This document shows, in pieces, positions 40,555 through 50,034 of a DNA stretch of 64,000 nt. The translations under genes and the position numbers were made by a program. The DNA is taken from positions 24,599-88,598 of the forward strand of contig JASLKG010000005.1 in the NCBI GenBank assembly GCA_030747695.1. The letters are read 5' to 3'. Below the pieces are notes generated by a model. That model was not told the origin of the DNA and did not search any database. It saw nothing but the letters and a program-made list of their open reading frames with translations. The stretch's first letter is position 1; each line of letters begins with the position of its first letter. This stretch comes from Candidatus Poseidoniaceae archaeon. Lineage in GTDB: Archaea > Thermoplasmatota > Poseidoniia > Poseidoniales > Poseidoniaceae.

Positions 40555-40986
40555 GTGAAATCGAGAATGGCCAGAATTCATGCCGACCCGGTCAGCACTG
40601 CACTAATGCATCCAACAAGGAGAGCACTATACGTCGCCCTTCTTGGAGCAGACGAATATACTACTGTGCAGTTACAAAAATTGGTTGATGTTGATCGCTA
40701 CAACCTTTACCATCATCTTCGTAAATTAGAGAAACTTGGATTGGTTATGAATCATCGAGATCAAGGTAGAACACGTTGGTGGTGCGTGATGGATAGAGTT
40801 CCTCTGCCGACTGATGGCGCAAATTCAGAATCAGACAATACCATCGCCTCAATCGATTTATCTAATCCTCGGGTTCAAGCTGCGGCAAGAAATATGTTGC
40901 GAGAATTATCAACCTTATCAGGAAATACTCTTGATTTAGAATCAACAACTTTAGAGAGCCTGGAAATAACTGGACGTAGAAAGTAA
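40555..40986 (+). CDS. ArsR/SmtB-family winged-helix transcriptional regulator
   Basis: HPTRRALYVALL...YTTVQLQKLVDVDRYNLYHHLRKLEKLGLV HTH; immediately downstream of the metal ATPase. Confidence 0.65.
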   Translation: MKSRMARIHADPVSTALMHPTRRALYVALLGADEYTTVQLQKLVDVDRYNLYHHLRKLEKLGLVMNHRDQGRTRWWCVMDRVPLPTDGANSESDNTIASIDLSNPRVQAAARNMLRELSTLSGNTLDLESTTLESLEITGRRK

Positions 40987-41019
40987 ATCTAGAAAGAAAT
41001 TCAAGGAAGGGGTATAGCA

Positions 41020-41418
41020 ATGTCGGATGAAGAGATGGCAGGTATTGAATCTAGAATAGCTCCTCCTGATTTAACTTGTCCACGTTGTAAGAATTTGTTA
41101 CCCAGTGGCTTGGGAGAATTAGTATGTTCAATGTGTAAAGCAGAAGTGAAAGTAGAACATGAAATAACGCGGAAAAAATGGCGCGAGGAAAAAGTAAGTT
41201 GCCCCGAGTGTTCAAAAGTACTAGTTTGTGGAGTTGACCAAAGACCAACTAATTTACAATGTGCAGCTTGCAAGTCACATTTTGTATTGAAACCACATCG
41301 TCCAAAAATAGAAGTCTCTTGTCCATCTTGTGAAAGGAAACTACGGATGAATAAGAAACCAGGTAAAAGAGAGATTCAATGTCCAGCATGCCAAGTAGAA
41401 TTTAGAATAAGTTTTTGA
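41020..41418 (+). CDS. Triple zinc-ribbon protein
   Basis: Three tandem ~40-aa modules, each CPxC...(17-20)...CxxC (CPRCKN/CSMCKA; CPECSK/CAACKS; CPSCER/CPACQV). Confidence 0.6.
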   Translation: MSDEEMAGIESRIAPPDLTCPRCKNLLPSGLGELVCSMCKAEVKVEHEITRKKWREEKVSCPECSKVLVCGVDQRPTNLQCAACKSHFVLKPHRPKIEVSCPSCERKLRMNKKPGKREIQCPACQVEFRISF

Positions 41419-41427
41419 GGTTTCAAT

Positions 41428-42315
41428 ATGAAAACAACCTTTCGAATGATGGGATTGGCGGATTACATTACAATTTGTAATGGATTATTAGGCGTGATGG
41501 CTATTGTATTCATCCTTCTAGCTGTTGACGATATGAGTGAACCATATTATCAAGGAGGATTATTGACTGATTATATTTGGTGGGCTATGCTTTGTATTTT
41601 GCTATCTGCATTTGGAGATATCATCGATGGCCCAATTGCAAGGAGATGGTCAAAACAACAAATTTTGGGAGGATCTTTAGACATAATGTCTGATTGCGTT
41701 TCATTTTGTGTAGCACCAGCAATTATGATTTTTGCAATGTTTGGGAGAATGGGTGAAGCAACACCACTTTGGACATTCATGTTAGCGGTTTCATGTTTTT
41801 GGATAATCGCTTGTGGCATGTTGAGACTATCGCGCTTCCAACACGAAAAGGGAGGCGACGTGAATTATTTTAATGGCCTCTCAACACCTGCTAGCGCTAT
41901 GTTATTACTTTCAGCAGCAGGATTAATCTGGCTCCAACCCTCATCTGGAATTGGACCAGAAATTTCTTCATGGGAATGCAATATTTGCTGGGGCTCGGGT
42001 AAAGATAAACCATATTTTGATTTTATATTACTACCTTTAATGTTTTTTTGTGGAGCAATGATGATATCTGATAGAAAAATGTCGAAATTAAAAAGTAGAA
42101 TGTTACTTAGACTTTCGATGATACAATTTATATCAATTTTATTTGGAATTATACATGCCTTAACATTGACACATAGCAAAGATGCTGCAGAAGATCTTTC
42201 AGGAACGTCTTTTACAATATTTTTGTTTACAGTTTCCTTTGTAATGACGTTTCTTTATATTGTCGGAGGGCCTAAGTTTGTCGATATTGAAAATACTTTA
42301 CAAATGGAAGATTAA
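41428..42315 (+). CDS. CDP-alcohol phosphatidyltransferase-family membrane enzyme (archaeal polar-lipid headgroup synthase)
   Basis: Signature DIIDGPIARRWSKQQILGGSLDIMSD (D-G-x2-A-R-x8-G-x3-D-x3-D) inside a polytopic membrane protein. Confidence 0.8.
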   Translation: MKTTFRMMGLADYITICNGLLGVMAIVFILLAVDDMSEPYYQGGLLTDYIWWAMLCILLSAFGDIIDGPIARRWSKQQILGGSLDIMSDCVSFCVAPAIMIFAMFGRMGEATPLWTFMLAVSCFWIIACGMLRLSRFQHEKGGDVNYFNGLSTPASAMLLLSAAGLIWLQPSSGIGPEISSWECNICWGSGKDKPYFDFILLPLMFFCGAMMISDRKMSKLKSRMLLRLSMIQFISILFGIIHALTLTHSKDAAEDLSGTSFTIFLFTVSFVMTFLYIVGGPKFVDIENTLQMED

Positions 42316-42401
42316 TGGCGAACCTCAACTGTCGGATAAATCGCATTGTAAGGGTAGTATTGAAGCGCGCCCCTTATCTATCATAAGAAATCCATCAGGG
42401 T

Positions 42402-44918
42402 TTGGATGGGGATCCTATGAGTGTTAGCGAAAGCAGGATAATAGCAGGTGAAGGTTTGCGTAAATCGGAGTCAACCGATCAACCGAACCTCTCAAGTTTA
42501 CGATCACAATTCACGTCTACCTCATCCCCATCTTTGGACCAGACTCTAATGCAAAGCTCTAGATTTAGAGAAGAAGAAAGATTGCGCGCAAGTTTAAGGC
42601 GCGATCAGAAAATGCGTAAACAGGCTCTAGCAGAGCGCATTTCATTGATGCAAGAAAACATGGCTAGTGACATGGCTCGTCAACACGAATTAACACTTGA
42701 CGCTCTTGAAAACGATTTGCGTACCCAAATGGAAGAAGAACTATCACATTTAGAATCAGAAACACTTACTCGCGAAGAAGTTAGATTGAAGGAAATGCAT
42801 GAAATGCGTTTGCAAAGAGAAGTAGAATCTCTTAGAGAGTCATTGGAAATCGAACAAGATCGTAAGTTAGAGGACCATCGTTCTGCGGTAATCGCTCAAC
42901 TTGAGGATCAATTATCTGAAGAACATCGCCGTAAACTTTCATTCCAACGTGAAAGAATGGAAATTGAATTCAACCAATCACTCCAGTCTAGGATACGTGA
43001 TCTGGAAGCAACAATCCAGGAAGAAATGTCTGATAGATTTAGTCAATTGGAATCTAATGAGATATCTCGATTAGAAGAATCCCAGTCGCAAAAACTTGCA
43101 GAAAGAGAAGAATCACTACGTAGAGGTATTCGAACGCGTTTAGAACAACAACTAAAATTACGTCTCAAACAAAGAGAAGCAAGTATGCGTGCAGAATATG
43201 AACGCCGCAGTTTACGTCTTGAAGAGGACATTGCAGCATCAATTCAAGAAGAACTTGAAGGTAGATTACGTGGCGAAACTGAAGAACTTGAAGATAGAAT
43301 GAGGCAGGATGTTGAATTAGCAGTTTCACGTCGAAGAGAGGAATTGCGCGTGGAAATAGAAAGACAACTCGAAGAACGAAATAGCGAAAAATTGTCAGAG
43401 CGCAAAGGCCATCTTCGTGAGAAATATGATCTTACTTTTTCAAAAGCAGTTGACGACATTTCAAAATCTTTGGAGAAAGAGATTGAGGCAGAACTTGAAG
43501 CACGTATGGATCAAGAATTTGCATCTTATCGTAATGCCAGGGAAGCAGAAATTCAAAATCGTTTGGCACGCTTCCGCTATGAAAGAGAAAATGAACTACG
43601 TGAGCAACTTGGTCAACGTTACGAAGGTAAGAAGACTGAATGGTCAGAGCGCCTAGAATTAGAGTTTAACTCAAGGGAAAGTGCTGCACGTAAAGCAATA
43701 ATGTCTGAGATTGATGGACGTCTACGCAATGAAAGAATTACACATGAAACTGATTTAGATCTCTTGAAGGAAGAGACAATACTCGAACTTGAAGTTGAGA
43801 TGGAAGATAGATTATCTGAATTCCGCTCACGTAAAGAAGATGAAGTGGCCACTCAACTTGAAAGACAATTGGACAAGCGTGAAGAAATTATGCGCAATAA
43901 GGCCCTAATCGAAGTACGTAAGCGTGAAGCAAATATCCGAGGTGAAATAGAAGCACAACTCGGTGTAAAGAGGGCAGAAATCCGGGATAGATTATCAAGC
44001 TTAACTCAACAAATGGATGACTTCCGTAATATGGCTGAAGCTAAGATGAGAGAATCAATCGAGGGCAAAGTACAATCTGAGATTGAATCAGAAGAACTTA
44101 GACTCAAAGAGCAAGAAGATGAATTTGTAGATTTACAATCTCAGGATGCAAGAATGGAAAAGAAACAATCTTGGTTGCAAGCAATTTCCGGAAAAGGTAC
44201 TGCAGCGCAACAACCTCAGATGGGAATAGATCCAACTGCATTAGGAGCCCGTACAACTATCGCAGGAAGTATGGCCGGGAGGCAACCACGTGGAGCACTT
44301 GCTGAAGCAAAAGCACAGCACATGCCATCTATGGGGTTAGCTGGAATGAGGGCTCCCCAGTCAGCAGCAAAGTCACTTAGTGGGACACTCCCTGTCCCTA
44401 AACCAATCAAAGCACCAATTGGTGGAATGGCAAAACCATTGAAACAAGGAATTCCATTACCACAACCTATCCATCAAAAGGTAGTGAGTCCACCAACAAT
44501 TTCAGAAGAACTTCCTGAAGAGGTTGTATTGGAGACTGAAACTGTAGAACCAGTAACAGAGGAAATTCCTCAAGAGGAAACCGTAGAGGTTGCTGAGGAA
44601 GTACAGATAGACGAAATTGATGAGACATTCGATGAGGTAATGGAAGATGCGATTGAAGAAGAATTATCAGAACCATCTTCTGCATTATTAAATCCAATTA
44701 AGACTCTAAACGTTTCTGGAATGTCAGAGCCATCAATACTCAAACCGGTTGAAAGTATGGTTTTGACCCCAGCTAAGAGGCGCGGGCCTCCTCCATCATC
44801 AGCTCCGGGGCAGAAACCTGGTCAAGAAAAGGCAACACTGAGGCCAGTTTCCACGTTGACACCAGTAAAAGATCCGGTTTCAATAATAGAGACAATTGAT
44901 GGCGATGAAGAAGATTGA
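42402..44918 (+). CDS. Very large (838 aa) E/R/L-rich coiled-coil protein with Pro/Ala-rich and acidic C-terminal regions; no signal peptide or TM
   Basis: About 600 aa of heptad-like charged repeats (EEELSHLESETLTREEVRLKEMHEMRLQREVESLRESLE...), then a P/A/G-rich low-complexity stretch and a poly-acidic tail. Confidence 0.65.
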   Translation: MDGDPMSVSESRIIAGEGLRKSESTDQPNLSSLRSQFTSTSSPSLDQTLMQSSRFREEERLRASLRRDQKMRKQALAERISLMQENMASDMARQHELTLDALENDLRTQMEEELSHLESETLTREEVRLKEMHEMRLQREVESLRESLEIEQDRKLEDHRSAVIAQLEDQLSEEHRRKLSFQRERMEIEFNQSLQSRIRDLEATIQEEMSDRFSQLESNEISRLEESQSQKLAEREESLRRGIRTRLEQQLKLRLKQREASMRAEYERRSLRLEEDIAASIQEELEGRLRGETEELEDRMRQDVELAVSRRREELRVEIERQLEERNSEKLSERKGHLREKYDLTFSKAVDDISKSLEKEIEAELEARMDQEFASYRNAREAEIQNRLARFRYERENELREQLGQRYEGKKTEWSERLELEFNSRESAARKAIMSEIDGRLRNERITHETDLDLLKEETILELEVEMEDRLSEFRSRKEDEVATQLERQLDKREEIMRNKALIEVRKREANIRGEIEAQLGVKRAEIRDRLSSLTQQMDDFRNMAEAKMRESIEGKVQSEIESEELRLKEQEDEFVDLQSQDARMEKKQSWLQAISGKGTAAQQPQMGIDPTALGARTTIAGSMAGRQPRGALAEAKAQHMPSMGLAGMRAPQSAAKSLSGTLPVPKPIKAPIGGMAKPLKQGIPLPQPIHQKVVSPPTISEELPEEVVLETETVEPVTEEIPQEETVEVAEEVQIDEIDETFDEVMEDAIEEELSEPSSALLNPIKTLNVSGMSEPSILKPVESMVLTPAKRRGPPPSSAPGQKPGQEKATLRPVSTLTPVKDPVSIIETIDGDEED

Positions 44919-44942
44919 GTACAAGAACGATACTCCGAGCCC

Positions 44943-47408
44943 TTGATAGTACAGTGTATTGTCCCGAGTTCTATGAGGAAAGCAGTAGCATTCCTTCTGG
45001 CTTTACTAATGATACCATTTGCATCTTCAGTAAGTGCAGAAAGTAATTTGTTAGAAGTTGGGATTGTTGATACTATAGACAGCAAATTAGTTCACATCTC
45101 ATTTTCATCAGAATCTACAGTTGTAACACTAACAGAAGATGGAAATTTGTCAGAACACTTTTGGGGCAGTGGGGAATTAATCACACAATGGTCTATCGAA
45201 TTAAATATAACAGCAAGAGCAGCATCATCGGATTCAACAGGACTGCAATATGCTGTTGCTCATAATGGCGGCGTTTATGTAATTAATATGGAACTAAGAA
45301 TTGCAATCAGAAATTATACAACAAACAATGTTGTAGATCAAGTTGAATGGGATAGTGAAGGAGATCTTTGGTTTGGACATTATGGTGGTGAACGTAGGGC
45401 AAAGGAATATGACGAAACAATGCACACCTCCTTCAAAACAGAGAATCACAACACAGCATTGACTTCAATGACAATATTGTCGGAAGATAGAATCGCCACG
45501 GGTGGACGTGATAATTTAGTAAAAATTCATGAGAAAGATGGGACCCTTTCACGTTCAATTGCAGATTTCTCTTCTTATCCGACAATACTTGAAAGAGATT
45601 CAAATGGAAATATGATTGTTGGTTGTGCAAATGGAAAATTGTACCGCTATGATACTTCAGATTGGTCTTATGAAGAGATGACAATTTCAAGTACACAGTC
45701 GATTAATTCAATTACGTTTGATAATGGTGGAGATTTATTTGTCGGAACTTCTAATGGTAATTTACATGTTGTTGATGTAAATAATTTCACGGAACAGGAT
45801 GCGTACTCTTCTCCAGGCAAAGTAATGATGGCTGCATATGGAGTAGATGGCGAATTATTCATTGTGTCAGCATTTACAACTTCTACTAAAATACGTTTGT
45901 TTGATTTGGATAGTGACTCTGATGGAGTTACAGACACCCTCGATGCATTCCCAAACGATAGCACCCAAAATCTCGACACAGATGGCGATGGTTATGGCGA
46001 TTCAGCAACCGGAAATAATCCAGATAGATTTCCCTTAGATGAAACACAATGGGTCGATACGGATGGCGATGGGTATGGAGATAATCCAACTGGCAATAAC
46101 TCAGATGCCTTCCCAAGCAATCCAAATCAATGGCAAGATTCAGATGGCGATGGTTATGGCGATATTAGTAACGCCGAACAAGGTGACAGATATCCCGATG
46201 ATCCTAATGAATGGGTAGATAGCGATTCAGATGGAATCGGAGATAACGGTGATGATTGCCCCACAATTAATGGTTTTTCAACTGAAGATCGGCAAGGTTG
46301 CAAAGATTCGGATAATGATGGCTATTCAGATCCTGATGATGATTGGAGCATAGATGATGGAGCAGACTCAGATATTTCAGATAAATCACAATGGGAAGAT
46401 AGAGATGGCGATGGATATGGGGATAATCTCACAGGTTACCGCCCAGATAGTTGCCCACTTGAAGCAGGCAATTCAACTAAGGCATGGATGCCTACCCTTT
46501 CTGAAGATGGAAATTTATCTCTTGAGTTTACAATCCAAGATAAATATGGATGCTTAGATACAGATGGCGATGGATTCTATGATTTTGGAGATCAATTGCC
46601 AAATGATGCATCGGATTATTCAGATGCCGATGGCGATGGAATTGGTGCAAAGAATGACTATAATGATTCAAATTCAGCAATACAAACACGTGATCAGCAT
46701 TGTGAAATGATTGTTTCAGATAACTCTGAATATTGTCAAGGTACAAGAGATATGGATTATCAAAATTATGTCAAAGAACAGGACGAATCAGGAGAATATG
46801 CAGTGACATATGGTTCATGGAAGAGTTCAAGAATTGCTAATGAAGCAGAAGGGGATAAAACAGATCAATATCTCGAAACAGCTACAGAAATATTACCGAT
46901 GTTAGGCATTGGATTTGCTGCAATAATAGGTGTATTGTTAATTTATGCAGGTATTAACAAAGCACGCCGTCGACGCGCTCTTGTGAAAACATATGGGGTG
47001 CCATTTGTACCATCTGAAAACTCAGCTGAAAAGGAAGCACTAGAAGGACGAGCAGGCCTTTCCGCAAAGGGTGGAGTGGATAGTGACAAACTTTGGGAAG
47101 ATGAAGTTGAACCAATGGAGTTAGAAGGAGATGATGGCGAAATGCTTGGAGATGGATTTGGAGACATAGAATTGAAAAGTGAAGATTCAATGTCTGATAA
47201 TGAGGATATAATGGAAGAGGAGTCTTCAATTGAAGAATTAGCTGGACTTCCAGAACCAACATCACAGTCAGACGATTCTGAATTAGAATCTATTGTTCAG
47301 GAAGCCCCTGAAGCCCCTCCTTTGCCTCCAGAAGGATTGCCCGAAGGATGGACAATGGATCAATGGCAATGGTATGGAGCCGAGTGGCTTGCCAAAAGTA
47401 ACAAATGA
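44943..47408 (+). CDS. Type-I membrane protein with beta-propeller-like N-domain and about 10 thrombospondin-type-3-like Ca-binding repeats
   Basis: Signal peptide (VAFLLALLMIPFASSVSA), repeated D-x-D-G-D-G-Y-G-D units, TM ILPMLGIGFAAIIGVLLIYAGI + RRRR, acidic cytoplasmic tail. Confidence 0.7.
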   Translation: MIVQCIVPSSMRKAVAFLLALLMIPFASSVSAESNLLEVGIVDTIDSKLVHISFSSESTVVTLTEDGNLSEHFWGSGELITQWSIELNITARAASSDSTGLQYAVAHNGGVYVINMELRIAIRNYTTNNVVDQVEWDSEGDLWFGHYGGERRAKEYDETMHTSFKTENHNTALTSMTILSEDRIATGGRDNLVKIHEKDGTLSRSIADFSSYPTILERDSNGNMIVGCANGKLYRYDTSDWSYEEMTISSTQSINSITFDNGGDLFVGTSNGNLHVVDVNNFTEQDAYSSPGKVMMAAYGVDGELFIVSAFTTSTKIRLFDLDSDSDGVTDTLDAFPNDSTQNLDTDGDGYGDSATGNNPDRFPLDETQWVDTDGDGYGDNPTGNNSDAFPSNPNQWQDSDGDGYGDISNAEQGDRYPDDPNEWVDSDSDGIGDNGDDCPTINGFSTEDRQGCKDSDNDGYSDPDDDWSIDDGADSDISDKSQWEDRDGDGYGDNLTGYRPDSCPLEAGNSTKAWMPTLSEDGNLSLEFTIQDKYGCLDTDGDGFYDFGDQLPNDASDYSDADGDGIGAKNDYNDSNSAIQTRDQHCEMIVSDNSEYCQGTRDMDYQNYVKEQDESGEYAVTYGSWKSSRIANEAEGDKTDQYLETATEILPMLGIGFAAIIGVLLIYAGINKARRRRALVKTYGVPFVPSENSAEKEALEGRAGLSAKGGVDSDKLWEDEVEPMELEGDDGEMLGDGFGDIELKSEDSMSDNEDIMEEESSIEELAGLPEPTSQSDDSELESIVQEAPEAPPLPPEGLPEGWTMDQWQWYGAEWLAKSNK

Positions 47409-47412
47409 GCAA

Positions 47413-47673
47413 TTAATCTCTCCAAACAATTGGAAGACTATCTCGAAGTGTAAGTAATTCAGGGCCGGAATAAATAGGAGCACCGTCCAATTTTAGTGTG
47501 TTCATCACTAGCCACAAAATAGCGTTCCAACTTTTAGGTGATGCAAATAATTCAACCTCACCAAGAGTACCTTTGACCAAAATACGAGCAGCATCAGAAT
47601 TAGAATCAAAAATAGCATGAACTAAATCTTTAGTTGTGAATTTGTAACCATTTGGCCGCCATTCCATAACCAT
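47413..47673 (-). CDS. Small hypothetical protein (86 aa), third gene of the parA-like operon
   Basis: ORF 8 nt downstream of the previous gene on the same strand. Confidence 0.4.
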   Translation of the reverse strand: MVMEWRPNGYKFTTKDLVHAIFDSNSDAARILVKGTLGEVELFASPKSWNAILWLVMNTLKLDGAPIYSGPELLTLRDSLPIVWRD

Positions 47674-47681
47674 AAAATCAC

Positions 47682-47945
47682 CTATACTTGGAATGGAGAG
47701 AGGTTGAGACGATCAACTAAATGTTCAGCACTAACGTCAGCATGTTCTTTCATTTGATTACGTAATTTGTCTAATTCTCCATTCATTTTTGCTAATTTAT
47801 GGGCGCGAACTAGATCAACAAGAAGCAAATCAATACTACGATAACCATCCATAGTACGTATGGTGTTTAGTTGCCTTCTTACTTCATAACTCACACTAAC
47901 GGAGGTCATACCTTCACCGGTCATAAAACCCTTTGAGCCCTGCAA
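47682..47945 (-). CDS. Small putative DNA-binding protein (87 aa), candidate partner of the ParA-like ATPase (SegB/centromere-binding-like)
   Basis: Lies 43 nt downstream of parA. N-terminal beta-strand-like VSVSYEVRRQL followed by helices, the pattern seen in RHH-type centromere binders. Confidence 0.35.
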   Translation of the reverse strand: MQGSKGFMTGEGMTSVSVSYEVRRQLNTIRTMDGYRSIDLLLVDLVRAHKLAKMNGELDKLRNQMKEHADVSAEHLVDRLNLSPFQV

Positions 47946-47988
47946 CTACTTGAATAAAGCGTATTACTATGTCAATATAGAGTCGATT

Positions 47989-48954
47989 TTAGAGGCGACC
48001 TTGTTTTTCCAATAGTAATCGGGGGTGCTCAGTTACTCCGAATTCTCTGCGCATTTCATGCACACGATTGTGAAATTCTCTAGTTAACGACCAGTACTCT
48101 CTGCTACCTGCTCCTGCTCCAGTACCTGATGGTTTATTCAAAATCACAGTTGGGGCACCAGTCCATGCAGCTTCAGCAACTTTAGCCAATCTTCGGATTG
48201 GTGTTTTGAAAACCTTCCTTGGAATTTTGGAGTGTACTTCATTGCAAACATGCATTGAAAGTTTACTACGTTGATCAACCATCGTCATTGCTACGCCAAA
48301 AATCTTGAGATTTCTATTTATTCTCTTTTGAATCATTTTGACTGAATTCATCAACATACTAAATCCTTCAAGGGCATAATACTCTGCTTGTACTGGGATG
48401 AAAACCCAATTCGCCGCACATAGTGCATTTATTGATAGCAAGCCAAGTGAAGGAGGAGTATCGATGATTATATGATCAAATTGTTCAATAATTGGTTCTA
48501 GAGCTTCACGTAATCTAGTTTCACGCCCGATTCTATGACTCAATTCAATCTCTGCGCCCGAGAGATGAATGTCACTTGGTAGTAACCATAAATTTTGAAT
48601 TGATAAATCACTAGGCACACGTTTAGACTCATTTCTTTTTGTCCAGGCTCGTTGCATAGACTCAGTTAATTGGCCTGGACTAATCAAATATTCTTCAAGC
48701 AGTGGCAAATCTTCACCAGAATCATTCACTAGTAAATCATATGCAGTTTTTCGTATTCGTTTTTTCTCTACTCCAAACGAAGTTGCACAATTTCCTTGCG
48801 GGTCTAAATCGATTAGTAGTACTTTAGCAGGAGGGATTTTGAATTTTGGATTCCCTTTAGCAAGGGCAGCTGCTAAATTTACAGCAGTGGTTGTTTTTGC
48901 ACATCCTCCTTTTTGATTTGCTACAGCAACGACCATTTTGTATGGATTCAACAA
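47989..48954 (-). CDS. ParA/Soj/MinD-superfamily ATPase (SegA-like chromosome partition ATPase) with ~60-aa C-terminal extension
   Basis: Deviant Walker A AVANQKGGCAKTTTAVNLA, IDLDPQGN, IIIDTPPSLG. GGAGGTG SD 6 nt before the TTG start. Confidence 0.85.
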   Translation of the reverse strand: MLNPYKMVVAVANQKGGCAKTTTAVNLAAALAKGNPKFKIPPAKVLLIDLDPQGNCATSFGVEKKRIRKTAYDLLVNDSGEDLPLLEEYLISPGQLTESMQRAWTKRNESKRVPSDLSIQNLWLLPSDIHLSGAEIELSHRIGRETRLREALEPIIEQFDHIIIDTPPSLGLLSINALCAANWVFIPVQAEYYALEGFSMLMNSVKMIQKRINRNLKIFGVAMTMVDQRSKLSMHVCNEVHSKIPRKVFKTPIRRLAKVAEAAWTGAPTVILNKPSGTGAGAGSREYWSLTREFHNRVHEMRREFGVTEHPRLLLEKQGRL

Positions 48955-48985
48955 CTACACCTCCTAGGGCGGATATATGCCTTGA

Positions 48986-49002
48986 CAGAGTCACCCTCTG
49001 TA
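48986..49002. promoter_or_regulatory. 17-bp palindrome ACAGAG-TCACC-CTCTGT upstream of the parA-like gene, next to an ATATAT TATA-like box
   Basis: Direct reading. Positioned about 35-50 nt upstream of the parA start. Confidence 0.4.
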
Positions 49003-49026
49003 AAACATCGCATTATTTGCGAACAA

Positions 49027-50034
49027 TCAACCTTGTTGAATGACAGGTACTGGAACTTCAGATAGGATTTTACGAACAATATGCATACCCGTAATTCCAC
49101 GAATTTTTGCTTCAGGCTTCATTACAATTCTGTGAGATATAATTTGTAGAGCAATTCCTTTGATATCATCAGGGATTACATAATCTCTAGCATCTATTGC
49201 AGCAGCCGCTCTTCCTGTTTTGAATAAAGATTGACTAGCACGAGGTGATGCCCCATTAACCACACGATGGTCTTCCCGAGTTCTTTGTACAATTTCTACA
49301 ATGTATGACAAAATTGCAGGGTCAACGTGTACTGTTTCTAGGGCCTTTTGCATTGCAACAACCTTTTTTGGAGAAGTAATTTGTTCAACGTCATGCGCAT
49401 CCTTTCCACGAAGTTTTCTTCTAGCGAGAATTGCTTTTTCTTCTGCTCTATCAGGGTACCCCATACTCATTTTCATTAGGAAACGGTCCATTTGAGCTTC
49501 AGGTAGAGGGTATGTTCCTTCTTGCTCAATTGGATTTTGAGTGGCTAATACAACGAAAGGTGCAGGTAGTTTGTGTGTTATACCTTCAATTGTAACTTGC
49601 TTTTCTTCCATTGCTTCAAGCAGGGCAGCTTGCGTTTTTGGTGGTGCTCGGTTAATTTCGTCCGCTAATAGAATATTTGAGAAAAGAGGCCCAGCTCGTA
49701 GTTTGAACTCACCAGATTTTTGATCATACATGTATGTACCCATAATGTCTGAAGGCAATAGATCTGGTGTAAATTGAACACGCTTAAATTTACATCCCAG
49801 TGCACGAGCAAATGTGTTTGCCAACAATGTTTTTGCTAGTCCTGGAAAATCTTCCAATAACATGTTTCCATTAGATAGGATTCCAACAGTTACACGACGT
49901 AAATTTTCATTCTTACCTATGATTACTTTGGACACTTCACCCATTAGGGTGTTTGCAATTGAGGATACAGTTGCAATGAGATCTTTTGTGCGATGATCAC
50001 CAGTTGGTGCGCTTGCTTGAAACCCTGCATTCAT
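49027..50034 (-). CDS. MoxR-family AAA+ ATPase
   Basis: Walker A region LLEDFPGLAKTLLANTFARAL, Walker B/sensor LADEINRAPPKTQAALLEAMEE. ATG 50034 is preceded by AGGGGA; the GTG at 50115 is an alternative start. Confidence 0.8.
   Translation of the reverse strand: MNAGFQASAPTGDHRTKDLIATVSSIANTLMGEVSKVIIGKNENLRRVTVGILSNGNMLLEDFPGLAKTLLANTFARALGCKFKRVQFTPDLLPSDIMGTYMYDQKSGEFKLRAGPLFSNILLADEINRAPPKTQAALLEAMEEKQVTIEGITHKLPAPFVVLATQNPIEQEGTYPLPEAQMDRFLMKMSMGYPDRAEEKAILARRKLRGKDAHDVEQITSPKKVVAMQKALETVHVDPAILSYIVEIVQRTREDHRVVNGASPRASQSLFKTGRAAAAIDARDYVIPDDIKGIALQIISHRIVMKPEAKIRGITGMHIVRKILSEVPVPVIQQG

Noticed and set aside
45950-46700. Repeated DNA in the TSP3-like region as a CRISPR or IS-like repeat
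   Set aside because: The repeats are in-frame coding units of variable length and spacing (D-x-D-G-D-G-Y-G-D). They are not fixed-length direct repeats separated by unique spacers.
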